A DNA stretch of 62,759 nt, filler included, from Circinaria calcarea (GCA_051942165.1; 30 parts of 30 records of this genome joined end to end with filler, not necessarily neighbours in it), one strand, 5' to 3'; numbered from the whole stretch's first letter, positions 1-11,816 are shown. Numbers and translations are program-made. Notes: generated by a model not told the origin, from the letters alone.

Positions 1-1
1 A

Positions 2-2005
2 GCCGCCAAAGAGTTGGAGGAGAAGCAGCGCCAGGAACAGTTGGAAGAAGACATTGGGAGAAGACTCGAGGAAGGCTGCGGTAGAGAGCGAGCTGATTGG
101 GAAGCTACCTACGGAGATAGGCCTTCGTTGACTCCATGTCAGAACGACTCCGGTATCGGTTCCGAGCGGGAGATTGGCAGTACACGAAAGCTCTCCTATA
201 GCAGTAACATCCCGGAGGGAACCAAGACGCGGACATTTTGTGACCATATCGAGATGGACGATCTTAGCCGTCGAGCTACACCCTGTGAACAGCATTCTCG
301 GGATCTTGATCTGACAGAGGGAAGCTCAAAGATCACCGTGCACTTGCTCAAGGGTGCAGATGCTCTCGGAAATCCTATCGCTCAATATCGAGCTGATGAA
401 GCATCGGTCCCGACTCACCTTCAAAGCAACTCCCGGATCAGTTGTAAGCAGTCACTGCAGCAACAGAAAGGAGAAGAAGAGATTTCCATAGCGGAATGTG
501 AGGCTGATGACGACAAGTATCGTATACTCGAAGATGTTCCTCTAACTTATCCGAATACTTCGAAAACTACGGAGATTGATGATGGGAATTCCTCTATAGC
601 AACTTTTGCTAGTTCAAACCATCCACGAGCTCGCTTGTCCACCATGTTATCTAACAAATCCAAATGGAGAAACAGTTTAAAGCGGTCGCGACACCATTCC
701 CTTGTCAAATCGACATCGAGAGAAGGACTGACAGAGACTAGCAACAGGCACGATCAAGGATCGCAGGAGAGATTCAGGGAAGGCATCAGGGACGATGAGC
801 TTGGCATGCGAAATCCGAGGACACCGCAACCCGAGGATGATCAAAACCTTCCACTGTCTTCTAAGCAAACACATGCAGATCTCCTCGCTAGCCGACTTTC
901 ACTATTACAGAAATCTACTGGCGAAAACGAGAGCATGGATCATGATGAAAGAGTATCAACAGGCGAGGGAAATGCAAGAGTTGGCGGGCCGTTTGTGAAC
1001 CCGGTGGGCATGGGTCATCAAAACGGAAACGGTTTGCCAGGTGAAAGCTTAGAAATGGATTCATCGAATAAGATGAATGATAACGAATCAGCGTCGAAAA
1101 GAGATCTCCGTCGTCCAAAATCCAAGGTGTCTGTTGACATAACAGAATCTGCTTACAGTGATTCTTCAGCAGCTAAGCTTTCAGACCGACTACCCGAGGA
1201 TACACCCAAGATTGCTCTAGCCTATAGAACTAGCGAGTGGGCAAAGCACCTGAATGCCGAAGATTTCCCAGAGGTTGATGAGCTTACCGTCCCCAATTCG
1301 GATACAAGTGAGGTGTCTGAGCCATCTGATCAGATTGCTGTTCCAGTCAACATGACCGCCCTACAACAGACCGCATTGAATGCCACACCAAAGCCAGAAC
1401 GTACGACATACGCTCTTCCTTCATATCTTCAACAGCCTCGATCAACGTCTAGCATACCGAGAGATTTCGTAGCAGAGTGTCGGAAGTCGCAGGATCAGCA
1501 GAGAATAAATGACCAGCAATCGAATTACATCACGACCGATCTGCCTACGACAGTATCACCGACACCAGTAGCGCAGCAGCTTCTGAAACTAAAGATAAGA
1601 GAAGTTCGAAGCAACTCTAATCCCCTCGTGGAGTCTCCTATCGAGGAAAATGTAGAGTCCTCTTTCTCACCTCAGCAAAGATCATCTCCATTACCCTCGA
1701 ACACCCTTATGGCAAAGCGAGACACTCTGGTGCGCAATAAGCAATCTCTTCGATCATCCAACTTATTGTATTCCTTGCCCGTCGATTTATCTACACCAAT
1801 AACACCGGATGACTCAGCATCCATGGTCCACTCTCGCACTGCTTCCTTGGACGACGATGATATCTCCCTCTCTGCCCGTCGCTCCCTCCTCCAACGACAA
1901 CGGCAATCCTCCCGATGTTCACTTCCGGCTCACCCGCCTTCGCACAACAATCCCCCACGCTCTTTCACCGACCCTGCTGCCCAGCGTGACTCCATGCTCG
2001 CAGCA
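2..2005 (+). CDS. Uncharacterised Pezizomycotina protein, internal fragment, largely low-complexity/disordered
   Basis: Open frame across the whole contig (>660 codons), Ser/Glu/Gln-rich. The motif ALAYRTSEWAKHL resembles a conserved block in uncharacterised filamentous-fungal proteins. Both ends are truncated. Confidence 0.75.
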
Positions 2006-2105
2006 NNNNNNNNNNNNNNNNNNNNNNNNNNNNNNNNNNNNNNNNNNNNTTAATTAATTAANNNNNNNNNNNNNNNNNNNNNNNNNNNNNNNNNNNNNNN
2101 NNNNN
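2006..2105. other. Artificial contig spacer N44-TTAATTAATTAA-N44 (first of 29)
   Basis: Identical 100-bp spacers start at 2006, 4110, 6214, 8318, 10421, 12523, 14624, 16725, 18825, 20925, 23024, 25123, 27219, 29315, 31410, 33505, 35599, 37693, 39787, 41878, 43968, 46058, 48148, 50238, 52326, 54414, 56502, 58589 and 60675. TTAATTAATTAA gives stops in all six frames. Confidence 0.99.
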
Positions 2106-2107
2106 CC

Positions 2108-3507
2108 ATTGCTGGAGCCGGGGCGGCAGGTATATTCTCCGGCGCCATGACAATCATCGGGTATTCGGTGTCTCTAAGGAAGCGGGCTATATACATTGCG
2201 TTGCTGTCTTCCATGTTTGGCATTTCCTCGGTTGTTGGCCCTATTCTGGGTGGTGCCTTGACCGACAAGGCTTCTTGGCGCTGGTGTTTCTGGCACGTTG
2301 ATCGATCCTGGATCGATGTGTTCTTGAGTGCTGACTGGTTCCAGGATCAATTTACCCGTTGGTGGTGCCGCCTTACTCACCGTGGTTTTCTTCTTCAAAA
2401 ACCCAACGCGCAAACATAGCAACCTGACCTTGAAGCAAAAGATCCAAGAGATGGACCTGCCTGGTGCTTTTGTGTTAATATGCTCCATTGTCTGTCTACT
2501 GTTGGCCTTACAATGGGGTGGGAGCATCTACCCGTGGCGTAACTCTAAAGTTTGGGGGTGTCTTTTGGGGTTTGGATTGCTTGTCTCACTCTTCATCTTC
2601 CTGCAATTTAGAGGTGGCGATAGGTTATTCACCTTTCTTTTACTTAGTGGTAAGTTATATAGAGCTGACATATCCCAGCGCTACCATTCCTCTTCGAATC
2701 TTGACACAAAGGACGGTTGCTTCTTGTACTTCATTTACTTGCTTCATGGCAATGGGCTTATACACGTAAGTCCTCCCTTTCATCGCTAATCTCATTAGGT
2801 CACTAATCGTTTCAAGCCATATCTTCTACCTTCCATTCTACTTCCAAGCCGTCAAAGGGACAAGTGCCGAAGGATCAGGTATCCGAACGATCCCCTATCT
2901 CGTCAGCATCACCCTCGCCTCTATCGCTATCGGTGGCAGCGTTACCGTCTTTGGCTGGTATACTCCATTCATGTGGTTTGGCGCCGCTGTGTTTACGGTC
3001 GGTGCCGGCCTCCTGTACACTTTAAAAGTTAATGCGAGTGCTGGACAATGGATCGGGTATCAGATCTTGACTGGAGTAGGCGCGGGGGCCTCCATTCAGA
3101 TTCCGTTTATCGCGGTTCAGGTAGTCCTGAGTGCAAAAGATATGCCGTCCGGAAGTAAGCCCTCCACCTTCCATGCCATGTACATCCATGCTTTTACTAA
3201 TACCCGAACCTTTGGAAATCCAGACGCCTTAACAATCTTTTTCAATACTCTCGGCGGCGCCATCTCCGTCTCCATTGCCCAAAACATCTTCGCCAACACC
3301 CTCCTCCGCGAACTTCCCCTCCTCACCCGAAACGTCAACCCGGCCACCATCATCGCCGCCGGCGCGACCCATGTGAGGGAAGTCACGCCCCCGGACCAGT
3401 TGAGCGGTGTGCTGGAGAGCTATAACCGTGCGATTGCGAGGGCATTTGTGCTACCGATTGCGGGGGGCTGGATCGCGGGGGCGTGTATTTTGTTTACGGA
3501 GTGGTAG
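2108..3507 (+). CDS. MFS drug:H+ antiporter (DHA2, 14-TM, GliA/AflT-like toxin efflux pump), 5'-truncated, 4 introns
   Basis: Motifs [42 protein letters not shown] and WIGYQIL. Introns 2293-2344 (GC-AG), 2624-2678, 2766-2816 and 3155-3223. The TAG at 3505-3507 looks premature; the frame continues to TGA at 3549. Confidence 0.92.
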
Positions 3508-4050
3508 AGTGTCAAGGGGAAGAAATTGATTGCGACCGGTGGAGCGTGAGAGGAAGGGGTTCGGTGATTCTATCAGAAAAGAAAGAGGGAGAGGGAAACG
3601 GGAAAAGGCAAGGCTTTCATGAAGGGTATATATAGCGCGGTATTGGTATACACTTTGGGACATCTTTCACGTCTACCAACACCTCCTCCCCTTCTCTACA
3701 TCCATCTACTACACATGTAAAAATCCTCTTCTCACCTCCCCAATCCGAGCCCCCAGAGGCTTTGGAAAAAAGAGCCCCTTTTAGCTTTTTCCCCTTCCCC
3801 CCGGCTCTGACGTATGGTATGAAAACCCTAGTACTTATATCTATCTCACCCGCCTCTGGTCACGGCCCCCATTTGAACCTAAAACCTAAACCCTTGTTTT
3901 GCCATTTCGGGGGAACCGTGGGGCCGGAAAATTTTCCTTTCCATTTCCCTTTCCCCGTTTTTCCCCCAACGTCTCACGTTTCGTTTCGTTCCGTTTCCGT
4001 TTCCGTCCCGTTTTCTCGGACTTACTACCTTATCGCTGCTCACCCACTAT

Positions 4051-4095
4051 ATGACAGTAATGACAGTAATGACAGTAATGACAGTAATGACAGTA
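4051..4095. repeat. Tandem repeat (ATGACAGTA)x5
   Basis: Five consecutive 9-bp units read directly. Confidence 0.9.
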
Positions 4096-4217
4096 TGGCA
4101 GTATAACATNNNNNNNNNNNNNNNNNNNNNNNNNNNNNNNNNNNNNNNNNNNNTTAATTAATTAANNNNNNNNNNNNNNNNNNNNNNNNNNNNNNNNNNN
4201 NNNNNNNNNAATAAATT

Positions 4218-4330
4218 TCTACCTACCTACCTACCTACCTACCTAGCCAGCAATATAAATACCAGTAGTGGCAATAATTGCTTTTCTCGTGCCATCGTCT
4301 AACTACCTACCTACCTACCTACCTACCTAC
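4218..4330. repeat. Two (CTAC)n microsatellite tracts
   Basis: CTAC runs at about 4219-4244 and 4303-4330. Confidence 0.85.
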
Positions 4331-5756
4331 TACAATGCTGGACGTAATAATTTCTAGCGCTACAGATCATACGGAGTACAGGGGGTTAGTAGCCCGCCAT
4401 GTAAAAATTTCTGTATGGCAAGGTAGAATAGATAGCGGTATCAATTTTTTCATTGGTTATGTGAAAATAAGTAATGCTGAGTTAGTTGTGGCCGCTATGG
4501 TATGACAGTAATTATTAACGCCTGGTACCGTACTGGTAAAGGTAGGTAGGTTACTCTAAAATCCAGAATACAAGTAACAAAATGCCGCCCTCCCCCCCCC
4601 CATGGGAACTTTCCATAATGCGCCAATTTTTCCCCCCGGAAGCTGCCTTTGGAACTGGGGGACCTTTGGAACTAGGCGAGTTTATTGGGGGAAGTTTATT
4701 AAAGAAGCCCTGGGGGGGCTGAATGGGGCGGGTACCTTATGTGCAATTATCCTGTCTGGCTTGTCTTACTTGCCTTTTCTTACTTTTCTTAATTTCGGGA
4801 TTTTTTTCTAGACGCAGCTCAAAGTCCCTTCTCTCTCCTCCCCTTCCCTTCCTCTTTCTCTTTTCCAAATCCTTATATCGCTCTTCCCGCACTCCCCACT
4901 CCCCCACTACCATACCACAATTAGGGCTTACGTACCATAAGCCGAGCAGTATTTTAAAAAACTCTCCTTGCTCCTTCCTACCTTAGCTACATTACATGAA
5001 ACATAGTCCAATCCAATGAACTTCTTGGAACCACGAAAATTCCTGCATGATAATACCCCACTACCATCGAGACCGTGGACCGTAGCCTCTGAGCTTTTAG
5101 CTTTCAACTTTCGGCTAGATATATCTATTACCTAAGCTAGGACTGTTTGTGGTTAGGTCTGATGGGTAATTTAGTCTCGCTAGGGAAGTTATAGGGTAGG
5201 TTGTATTGTATTGAGTTGGGTTGGGTTGGACTACGGGACTGACTTCCCACGGGGGAGAAGGGAGTTTTTTCGGCGGAAAAAGGGGGGAAAAGGGGGGATG
5301 GGTCTTGAGGAAGGAAGGGGATAAGAATAAGAGTCGTGCTTACTGGAGTTTTTCTTACACTACACCACCCTACACACTACGCTACACTCACCCGGCTTGC
5401 TTGCGTAATGTGTGGGGGGTTATTTAGAGCAGGGCAGATAAGTGGTCGGTTCGGGCTAAGGAATGAGGAGATTGGGAGATGAGTAGGGAGTGGGGAGTGG
5501 GGAGTGGGAGAAGAAAAAGATGTAGGTTCTAGAGATTACAAAAAGTCGATCAAAGAGCATGCAAATGTCAAAGAACAAGACCAATGCGGGTTCATTTGCA
5601 ACAGTTCTATCAGCTGCCGCCAATGACTATCGTCAGAGAATCCCTCCCCCGGCGGATATGAACAACTACGACGCGATGGTTTCCCAATTCTTTCAGTCTG
5701 GCGGATTTCGGGTTCCGAGAAGATGGAGAGTATCTCCGGTGTTTGCAGGTAAATCC

Positions 5757-6213
5757 CTAAGCAGCCATTTTCCGTTCCAAATCCATCATAATCTCCTTGA
5801 CCTCCTGGACCCCGTTGGTCAACTTGTCGAGGCACCCGCGTAACTTGTCCCAAACTGCTGAAATCTCCGCTGGATCAGTCTTCTCTCTTCCGTGTGCCTT
5901 GGTGTCTTGCAAACCATCCGCCTGTGTACTTGGTCCTTTTCCTTCCATTATAGCTTTCAGCTTCGCCAAGGTCTCGAGTCCAACCTGGGTTTGTGGTAAA
6001 GGGTTGACGACAAGCTCCTTGACTCCCGAGACCTCTGCCATTTGCTGGACCAGAAGGGAATTCATGCCAAAACCGAGCAAGTGATCTGACAGCCGGAAAT
6101 CATCCCATCCGAAGATTATCACAAGTTTTTGCAGGTTGTGACCATGGGAAAGTATTGCAAAGGCCTTGCCCAGGTAAGACCCTTTACCTTCATCCTCCAT
6201 GTACTGCTTGTAA
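5757..6213 (-). CDS. Hypothetical protein, C-terminal fragment with terminal coiled coil
   Basis: ORF of about 150 codons reaching the contig edge, with protein-like composition. No recognised family. Confidence 0.55.
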
Positions 6214-6314
6214 NNNNNNNNNNNNNNNNNNNNNNNNNNNNNNNNNNNNNNNNNNNNTTAATTAATTAANNNNNNNNNNNNNNNNNNNNNNNNNNNNNNN
6301 NNNNNNNNNNNNNG

Positions 6315-6485
6315 GGCCATTACATGAAGAGTGCAATGGTACATTCGCAACTGGAAGCGTTGGAGGAGCCGGATGAGCAGGAACAAGGGCGGGATGTTCT
6401 GGACGTCGACTGCGGCTCATCATTGACCGAAGTCCAGAAGATGGTCGTCGCTACGGTACGGGAGGTTCTCGCGGACGACGTATGA
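6315..6485 (+). CDS. Gluconokinase (GntK/IdnK-type), C-terminal fragment
   Basis: Manual translation GHYMKSAMVHSQLEALEEPDEQEQGRDVLDVD...ADDV* matches the gluconokinase GHYMKxxMVxSQxxxLExP motif. Not in the ORF track. Confidence 0.85.
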   Translation, partial: GHYMKSAMVHSQLEALEEPDEQEQGRDVLDVDCGSSLTEVQKMVVATVREVLADDV

Positions 6486-8417
6486 CTGCTCTCTGGGTGG
6501 ATACACTGCTTTCATTAGATGTTTTCGAAATGGGCACAAAACGGGGAATCTGATGACGGAGTACTTTCTTTTGCTATGGCGTGCAAGGGGCGATACACTA
6601 GGTGTCCCGGGAAGATTTGCAGCAGGAAGTTGGGTCTTGGTTTGATGGATTAGGGTTTAAAAACGGCGATTGGGTTCCAAAGGCTCAGGCGCATGTCAGT
6701 AGCCTGCATATGCATGCAGTGCCGACTATTGGGATCGAATTCCCGCCTCCCCTTCTCCAATGATTTCTCCGATAGGCAAGCCAATCAATATCTAAATGAC
6801 CAATCCGTTCTTGCCTTGCTTAACAGTGGAGCGTGCTTTTGACGCATGCTTTGTATGTATGTGGTCCAGAAAATCTAGGACACTCCGCGTGAATGTGGGT
6901 GCGTGTAGATTTTAAAGGCCAAGCCCTCTTTCCTATAGCTGCACCGATTGATTGTGCTCGCAAATCAGTGGCTTGGGTTTCTCCTACATTAACCCAAAAT
7001 CAAATATACACCAAATCAGACATATATATTTAAATAATTAAAATTCAGTCAGGCCTAACGCCGCCGCCGGGGCACGCCGCGATTATTTACATAGGTACCA
7101 TACATACTCCGTCGGTGCTCTTTTTTTTTTCTTTTTTTTTTTTCTGGTGGCTCATTTTTTGGAATCTTATGCTAACCTACCATACCTTACCATACGGCCT
7201 TGGATGGGCATCCCTTTTTCGGATCCGAGATTTAAATTATTTTTTTCCCATCCATATCGAGAACTGTTACCATTACCATTAGCGTCAGTTTTCTGTTTTG
7301 GATGTCCCCTTGGGTGTCAAATGAAAATATAGTCGGTATGACGTATGATGTATGGTACGTGTTTAATAATAAAGTCTGCCGCTGTCCCGGGATATTTTGT
7401 TTGAATCCCCGGCCCCCCAAAATGGGGGAATTCGACGCGTAGCGAATTAATTTTCTAATTTTCCGAGAAATCTCCCCGGGGGAGGGGGTCTTCTATTTCG
7501 GGGGGCATGAACGATGATTGCATATGTTTGCGTTTTGCGGGTCTTTGGTCTCCTCTTAAAGGAGCGGCCCCCCCCCCCGCGGGGGACAGATATCCCTTCA
7601 GGTTGAACCGACCTATGATGCCTTTTTCAGCCCCGCAGTTAGGTAAAAGTTGCAATGTGCACCACTCTCTTTCACCTTACCGCCCTCACCGCGCTTTGCT
7701 CTCCGTCTTTTTTCTGCCCTTTGCTTACGGCTCCGTTTCATCCTTACCATGCCTACTAACCATCTCCCTTCCCTTGCACAGCATACCCAAACCAAACCTT
7801 CCACCCCCCCCCCATTCTCCCAACCTTCCTCTCGATCTACTAGAAAACCGAAACGCATACCGATTCTCCTAGTCTCAATTCATTCTTTCTCTTCTTACCG
7901 CTTCGCTACAAACCCGTTCACTTCCGCGGCTTTTGATTTTATTTTCCAGAAGAACGGATCACAGCAATATGTCATTTGCTATCACCGGGAAGTGTTTTGG
8001 GAACCCCTCCCCCCGGGTCACTGTGATTTGCCGCGTACCCTCGAACTGATTCGAATCGGGAAAAGGTCGAGAAATCTCAATCGTATCGACCTAATCGTTT
8101 CGGTGTCCTTTACAGTACTTAAATCATTGGAAAGGGGCAGATTGGAGTTGAAGTGAACTGCTGTTTTTGGTCATTTCTCTACCGCCATGACTGTTAGTTC
8201 CTCTCTCCCCCCAAACCATCTATTCATAACCCCCCAACCTCCCTTATAGCCCAGAAAAACGGCAGAAATAAGGAACTCTCAAGGGATTCGGCCAGTCTAC
8301 TCTTGGTTCCCCCTTTCNNNNNNNNNNNNNNNNNNNNNNNNNNNNNNNNNNNNNNNNNNNNTTAATTAATTAANNNNNNNNNNNNNNNNNNNNNNNNNNN
8401 NNNNNNNNNNNNNNNNN

Positions 8418-8900
8418 TGGCCATCGATTCGGATGCTCCTTTTCGTCATCCCGACCAATCTCTATACTCTCTTTCAGATCAGGATTCGAATCCCGTTGAG
8501 CCTCGACTTCCGACTTAGAAGGGGCTTGGCTGGTCTTTTCCCTGCCATAGGTGGAGTAACCTCTGTTTGCCGAGGGGGTTGTCCATGCAATTGAGTCTTT
8601 TTGTGATTGGGGTCGAGCGAAGAAAGCGGCCGAGTGAGCGAAGACTGTGGAGAGAGTTGGACGAGTGATCGGATGGTTGGTAAGATAGAGAAATCCGGAG
8701 TTTTCAAATGCCTGGAGAATGGCATGAGAGGCTTTTAGCTTGGAGGCCGAATCATCTTCGAGGAGGGGTTTGAAATCTATGAGCTGAAAGATGTCAGAGC
8801 ATGAAGTTTACTGTAAGTCGGAGGCAGATTTTACTGGGATCGCCGGGCTGTCTTTCGTGGCTTGTGGTTGGGATGGCGGGGAAGTCGCCGAGGGTGCCAT
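8418..8900 (-). CDS. Thymine 7-hydroxylase (thymine dioxygenase, 2OG-Fe(II) oxygenase), N-terminal part, 3'-truncated
   Basis: Exon 1 8900-8835 (MAPSATS...AIP), intron 8834-8784 (GTAAAA..CTGAC..CAG, contains an in-frame stop), exon 2 from 8783: LIDFKPLLEDD...AILQAFENSGFLYLTNHPI...AWTTPSANRGYSTYGREK...PDLKESIEIGRDDEKEHPNRWP. Closely resembles the Neurospora T7H N-terminus as recalled. Missed by the ORF track. Confidence 0.88.
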
Positions 8901-9340
8901 TGCGTCCGTTTCCTTAGTACCGTAGCCCTACTGTCTCAACGTACTAAGAACGATTTCAGTGAATTTGGAATTTGTTATGTACACTTGTTTTTCACATCGA
9001 GGACTTTATTATCATGGAAAGGAGGAGACTGGAACCTCTTATTTGGTAAGATAAGGATCGGACCCCGCCTCTTATCGCAATGCGGGGATGCTTCTGCAGA
9101 TACCATTGATGCCAAGCCATTTGGTTGGTAGGTATATGACTCCAATATCAACAGCCAGAGACCTCCGTCCTTGCACTGAAACTTTTGGGGTTTCCCGACC
9201 GGCTCTGATATCTTTGCAACCCTATCCAATTGACCTTCGTCTTCCCTTCCCTCCCTCCAATTACCCGCCCTCTCCCTTCCTCCAACCACCTTCCTTGAAA
9301 CCGCCCATGTCTCACTCCCTTTCTATACCCTACACAAGAA
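8901..9340. promoter_or_regulatory. Probable bidirectional promoter of the T7H/IDCase pair
   Basis: 440 bp between divergent ATGs. HGATAR-type sites: TTATCA ~9009, GATAAG ~9050, CTTATC ~9071. SYGGRG-type sites: CCCCGC ~9063, GCGGGG ~9082. Site function is inferred. Confidence 0.5.
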
Positions 9341-10420
9341 ATGGCACCGATCATTGACATCCACACCCACATATACCCTCCCTCCTACATCTCCCTCCTC
9401 TCCTCTCGGACGCACCTCCCCTACATCCATAACCCTCCTCCGCCCGCCTCTCCGCGGCTCATCATCCTCCCCACCGACGATGACCAATCCCTTCCGCCCT
9501 CCGGCCGCGGCCGCCCCGTTGACTCCTCCTACTCCTCCATCGACCGCAAACTCGCCTTCATGAAAACTCACTCCATTGCCACCTCCGTCATCTCCGTCGC
9601 GAACCCCTGGCTCGACTTCCTCCCGGCCGCCACTGCCGCTGCCACGGCGAGAGGGATCAATGACGAAATGGAAGCCATCAGCGCAGCGCATCCGGGGAAA
9701 ATCTACTTCTTCGGGACCCTTCCACTCTCCGCGCCTATCCTAGAAATAGTACAGGAGATCCAGCGCCTCAGCACGCTTCCCCACCTGAAAGGTCTCATCC
9801 TCGGGACCACAGGTCTAGGCGCCGGCCTTGACGATCCGAATCTCGATCCCCTCTGGGAAGCCATAGAGAAGGCGCAATTACTTGTTTTCGTACATCCGCA
9901 CTACGGTCTCCCGACCTCGGTTTTTGGTCCCTTGCAGCATACCTCCGGACACGTGCTCCCCCTTTCCCTCGGTTTTCCATTCGAAACCACCATCGCGTTC
10001 ACGCGGCTCTATCTCTGCGGCGCCTTTGAACGCTTTCCGGCTCTGAAGATCCTGCTCGCGCACGCGGGGGGTTGCATTCCCTTCTTGGCGGGTCGGATCG
10101 AGAGCTGCGTGCTGCATGAACGGAAATTCCGGGATGAGAAGGGGAAGATGGAGGAAGGGAGGATGGGGATCTGGGAGGTGCTGAGGAGGAACGTGTGGTT
10201 GGATGGAGTGATTTACAGTGATGTTGGGGTGCAGGCGGCGGTGGAGGCCGTGGGGAAAGAAAGGGTGATGTGGGGGACTGATCATCCGTTCTTTCCGCCT
10301 TTGGAAGGAGAGGCTGGAGGGGAGGAAGGGGAGAGAGAGGGAGAAGGGGAGTGGACAAGTGTAAGGATGAATGTGGAGGGTGTGAGGGGGGCGTTTGGGA
10401 AGGATAGAGAGGGGGCGGAG
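9341..10420 (+). CDS. Iso-orotate (uracil-5-carboxylate) decarboxylase, amidohydrolase_2 family, 3'-truncated
   Basis: IDIHTHIYPP (HxH metal motif), SVISVANPWLDF, VHPHYGLP, GHVLPLSLGFPFETTIA, LAHAGG, GRIESC and GTDHPFFPP, all typical of fungal IDCases. Confidence 0.92.
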
Positions 10421-10520
10421 NNNNNNNNNNNNNNNNNNNNNNNNNNNNNNNNNNNNNNNNNNNNTTAATTAATTAANNNNNNNNNNNNNNNNNNNNNNNN
10501 NNNNNNNNNNNNNNNNNNNN

Positions 10521-11431
10521 TCCAACATGTATACGCAGGAACGGATCAAGGCTTGATCGATAATGTCGCCCTCTCTCTCCATTTGTATCTGGTCGAGAAT
10601 TACTGCAAAGAGGATGTCTGCGACGGTCTTCGAGCTTTGAGAAGGAATAGGGGCTCGAAGGACAAAATCGCGGAACTGTGCCATGGAAGCACTGAATATC
10701 GATGGCTTTCGATTATCGGTACAGTAAACGCGATCCTGTTCGTGCATAGTAACTTAGCAGACCTCAATCTGCATAACGAGGAAGTGACTTACCATGTACA
10801 TCAGAATATCTGTAGTCATATTCATGCACAAATTATGCTCATCCCATACGTGCTTTAGGGCTTGCATTAGCCTTTCTCCAGCAGCTCGTTTCTCCGTAGC
10901 AGTTGTGCCAGTGCTGGTCCCTGTATCTCCTACCAGCAAGCTAGGCGACAAAGAAGCAAGAATCTGAGGCCGAATCTCATGGGTGAGCCACTCCTCCTCG
11001 AACTGTTTGACTTGAAGGTATAACGTCTCCCCTCTCTTCTTCAACACGATCTTATATGCATTGCGGTAGAGCTGTTCAAAAGAGAGTTTCGAGGCATTCT
11101 TGGTATGGATTTCACGCAGGGCCGAGGCGAGTATTGCCCATGTGGAGTCGAAGTCAACACCATCGTCCTTGATCAAGCCCTTTACAGTACAAGTTCATTA
11201 GCTACCGTCTGCCACCTGCAATTGAACAGAATGTGGGGGAATGGACGATGGTGAAAGGGGAACAGCGGACCGAGCCCCCCAAGGTTCGGCTGCGGAATAG
11301 GCTACAGTTCTATCGTAATGGGCACAATAGAGATCCCTCGCCTTGCTCATGTATTTCAAGAGGCTGTGTAGTTGCTCACTTACCCTCCTTGGAGGCCTAA
11401 TCTTCCTGCTTCCCCGCCCGGCCAACATCAT
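10521..11431 (-). CDS. cul3: Cullin-3, N-terminal part, 3'-truncated
   Basis: Exons 11431-11384, 11179-10793 and 10735-edge. Motifs KIRPPRR, EIHTKNASKLSFEQLYRNAYKIVL, MTTDILMYM|DRVYC and QIQMEREGDIID. Confidence 0.93.
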
Positions 11432-11816
11432 GCTCCACGTACCCTAATCTAGCTTCTGAAAGGAATGGGACTGCTCTGAATCTTGTCGTAATGAATCGCT
11501 CAGAAAGGCTAAAGAGGTCATGAGGCAACAGTGACTCCTGGAAATGTGCATCAACCAGTGAGAAGTCGAATGACAGTTGAAGTACAGAACTCGGTGAGTA
11601 GTCAGGGAAACGGTAGTGTAGGTGCTGCTTGAGTGTATAACCGAAATGTGCAGCGTACTGCGGAATTTAAGTGAGAGTTGAAAGCGGCATCTGAAAGCAG
11701 CTTCCATCTGAAGGGAAAACGATTGACCGATCCGACCTCGGTCCGGTAGTGAAGTTTATAGAAGATCAAACTCTCCGAATGTTGTAGAAGTACCATTGTT
11801 TCACACTCGTTCTTGA

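Noticed and set aside
2624..2678. Nested intron (stwintron) suggested by an internal GTAAGT at 2650
   Set aside because: The resulting pieces are under 30 nt and that donor breaks the frame. A single 55-nt intron explains the protein.
8015..8066. TPP riboswitch-like string GGGTCA-CTGTGA...TACCC-TCGAAC-TGAT
   Set aside because: It has UGUGA instead of the invariant UGAGA, no P3, and lacks the P5 UAAU loop and the GCG motif. No thiamine gene is visible.
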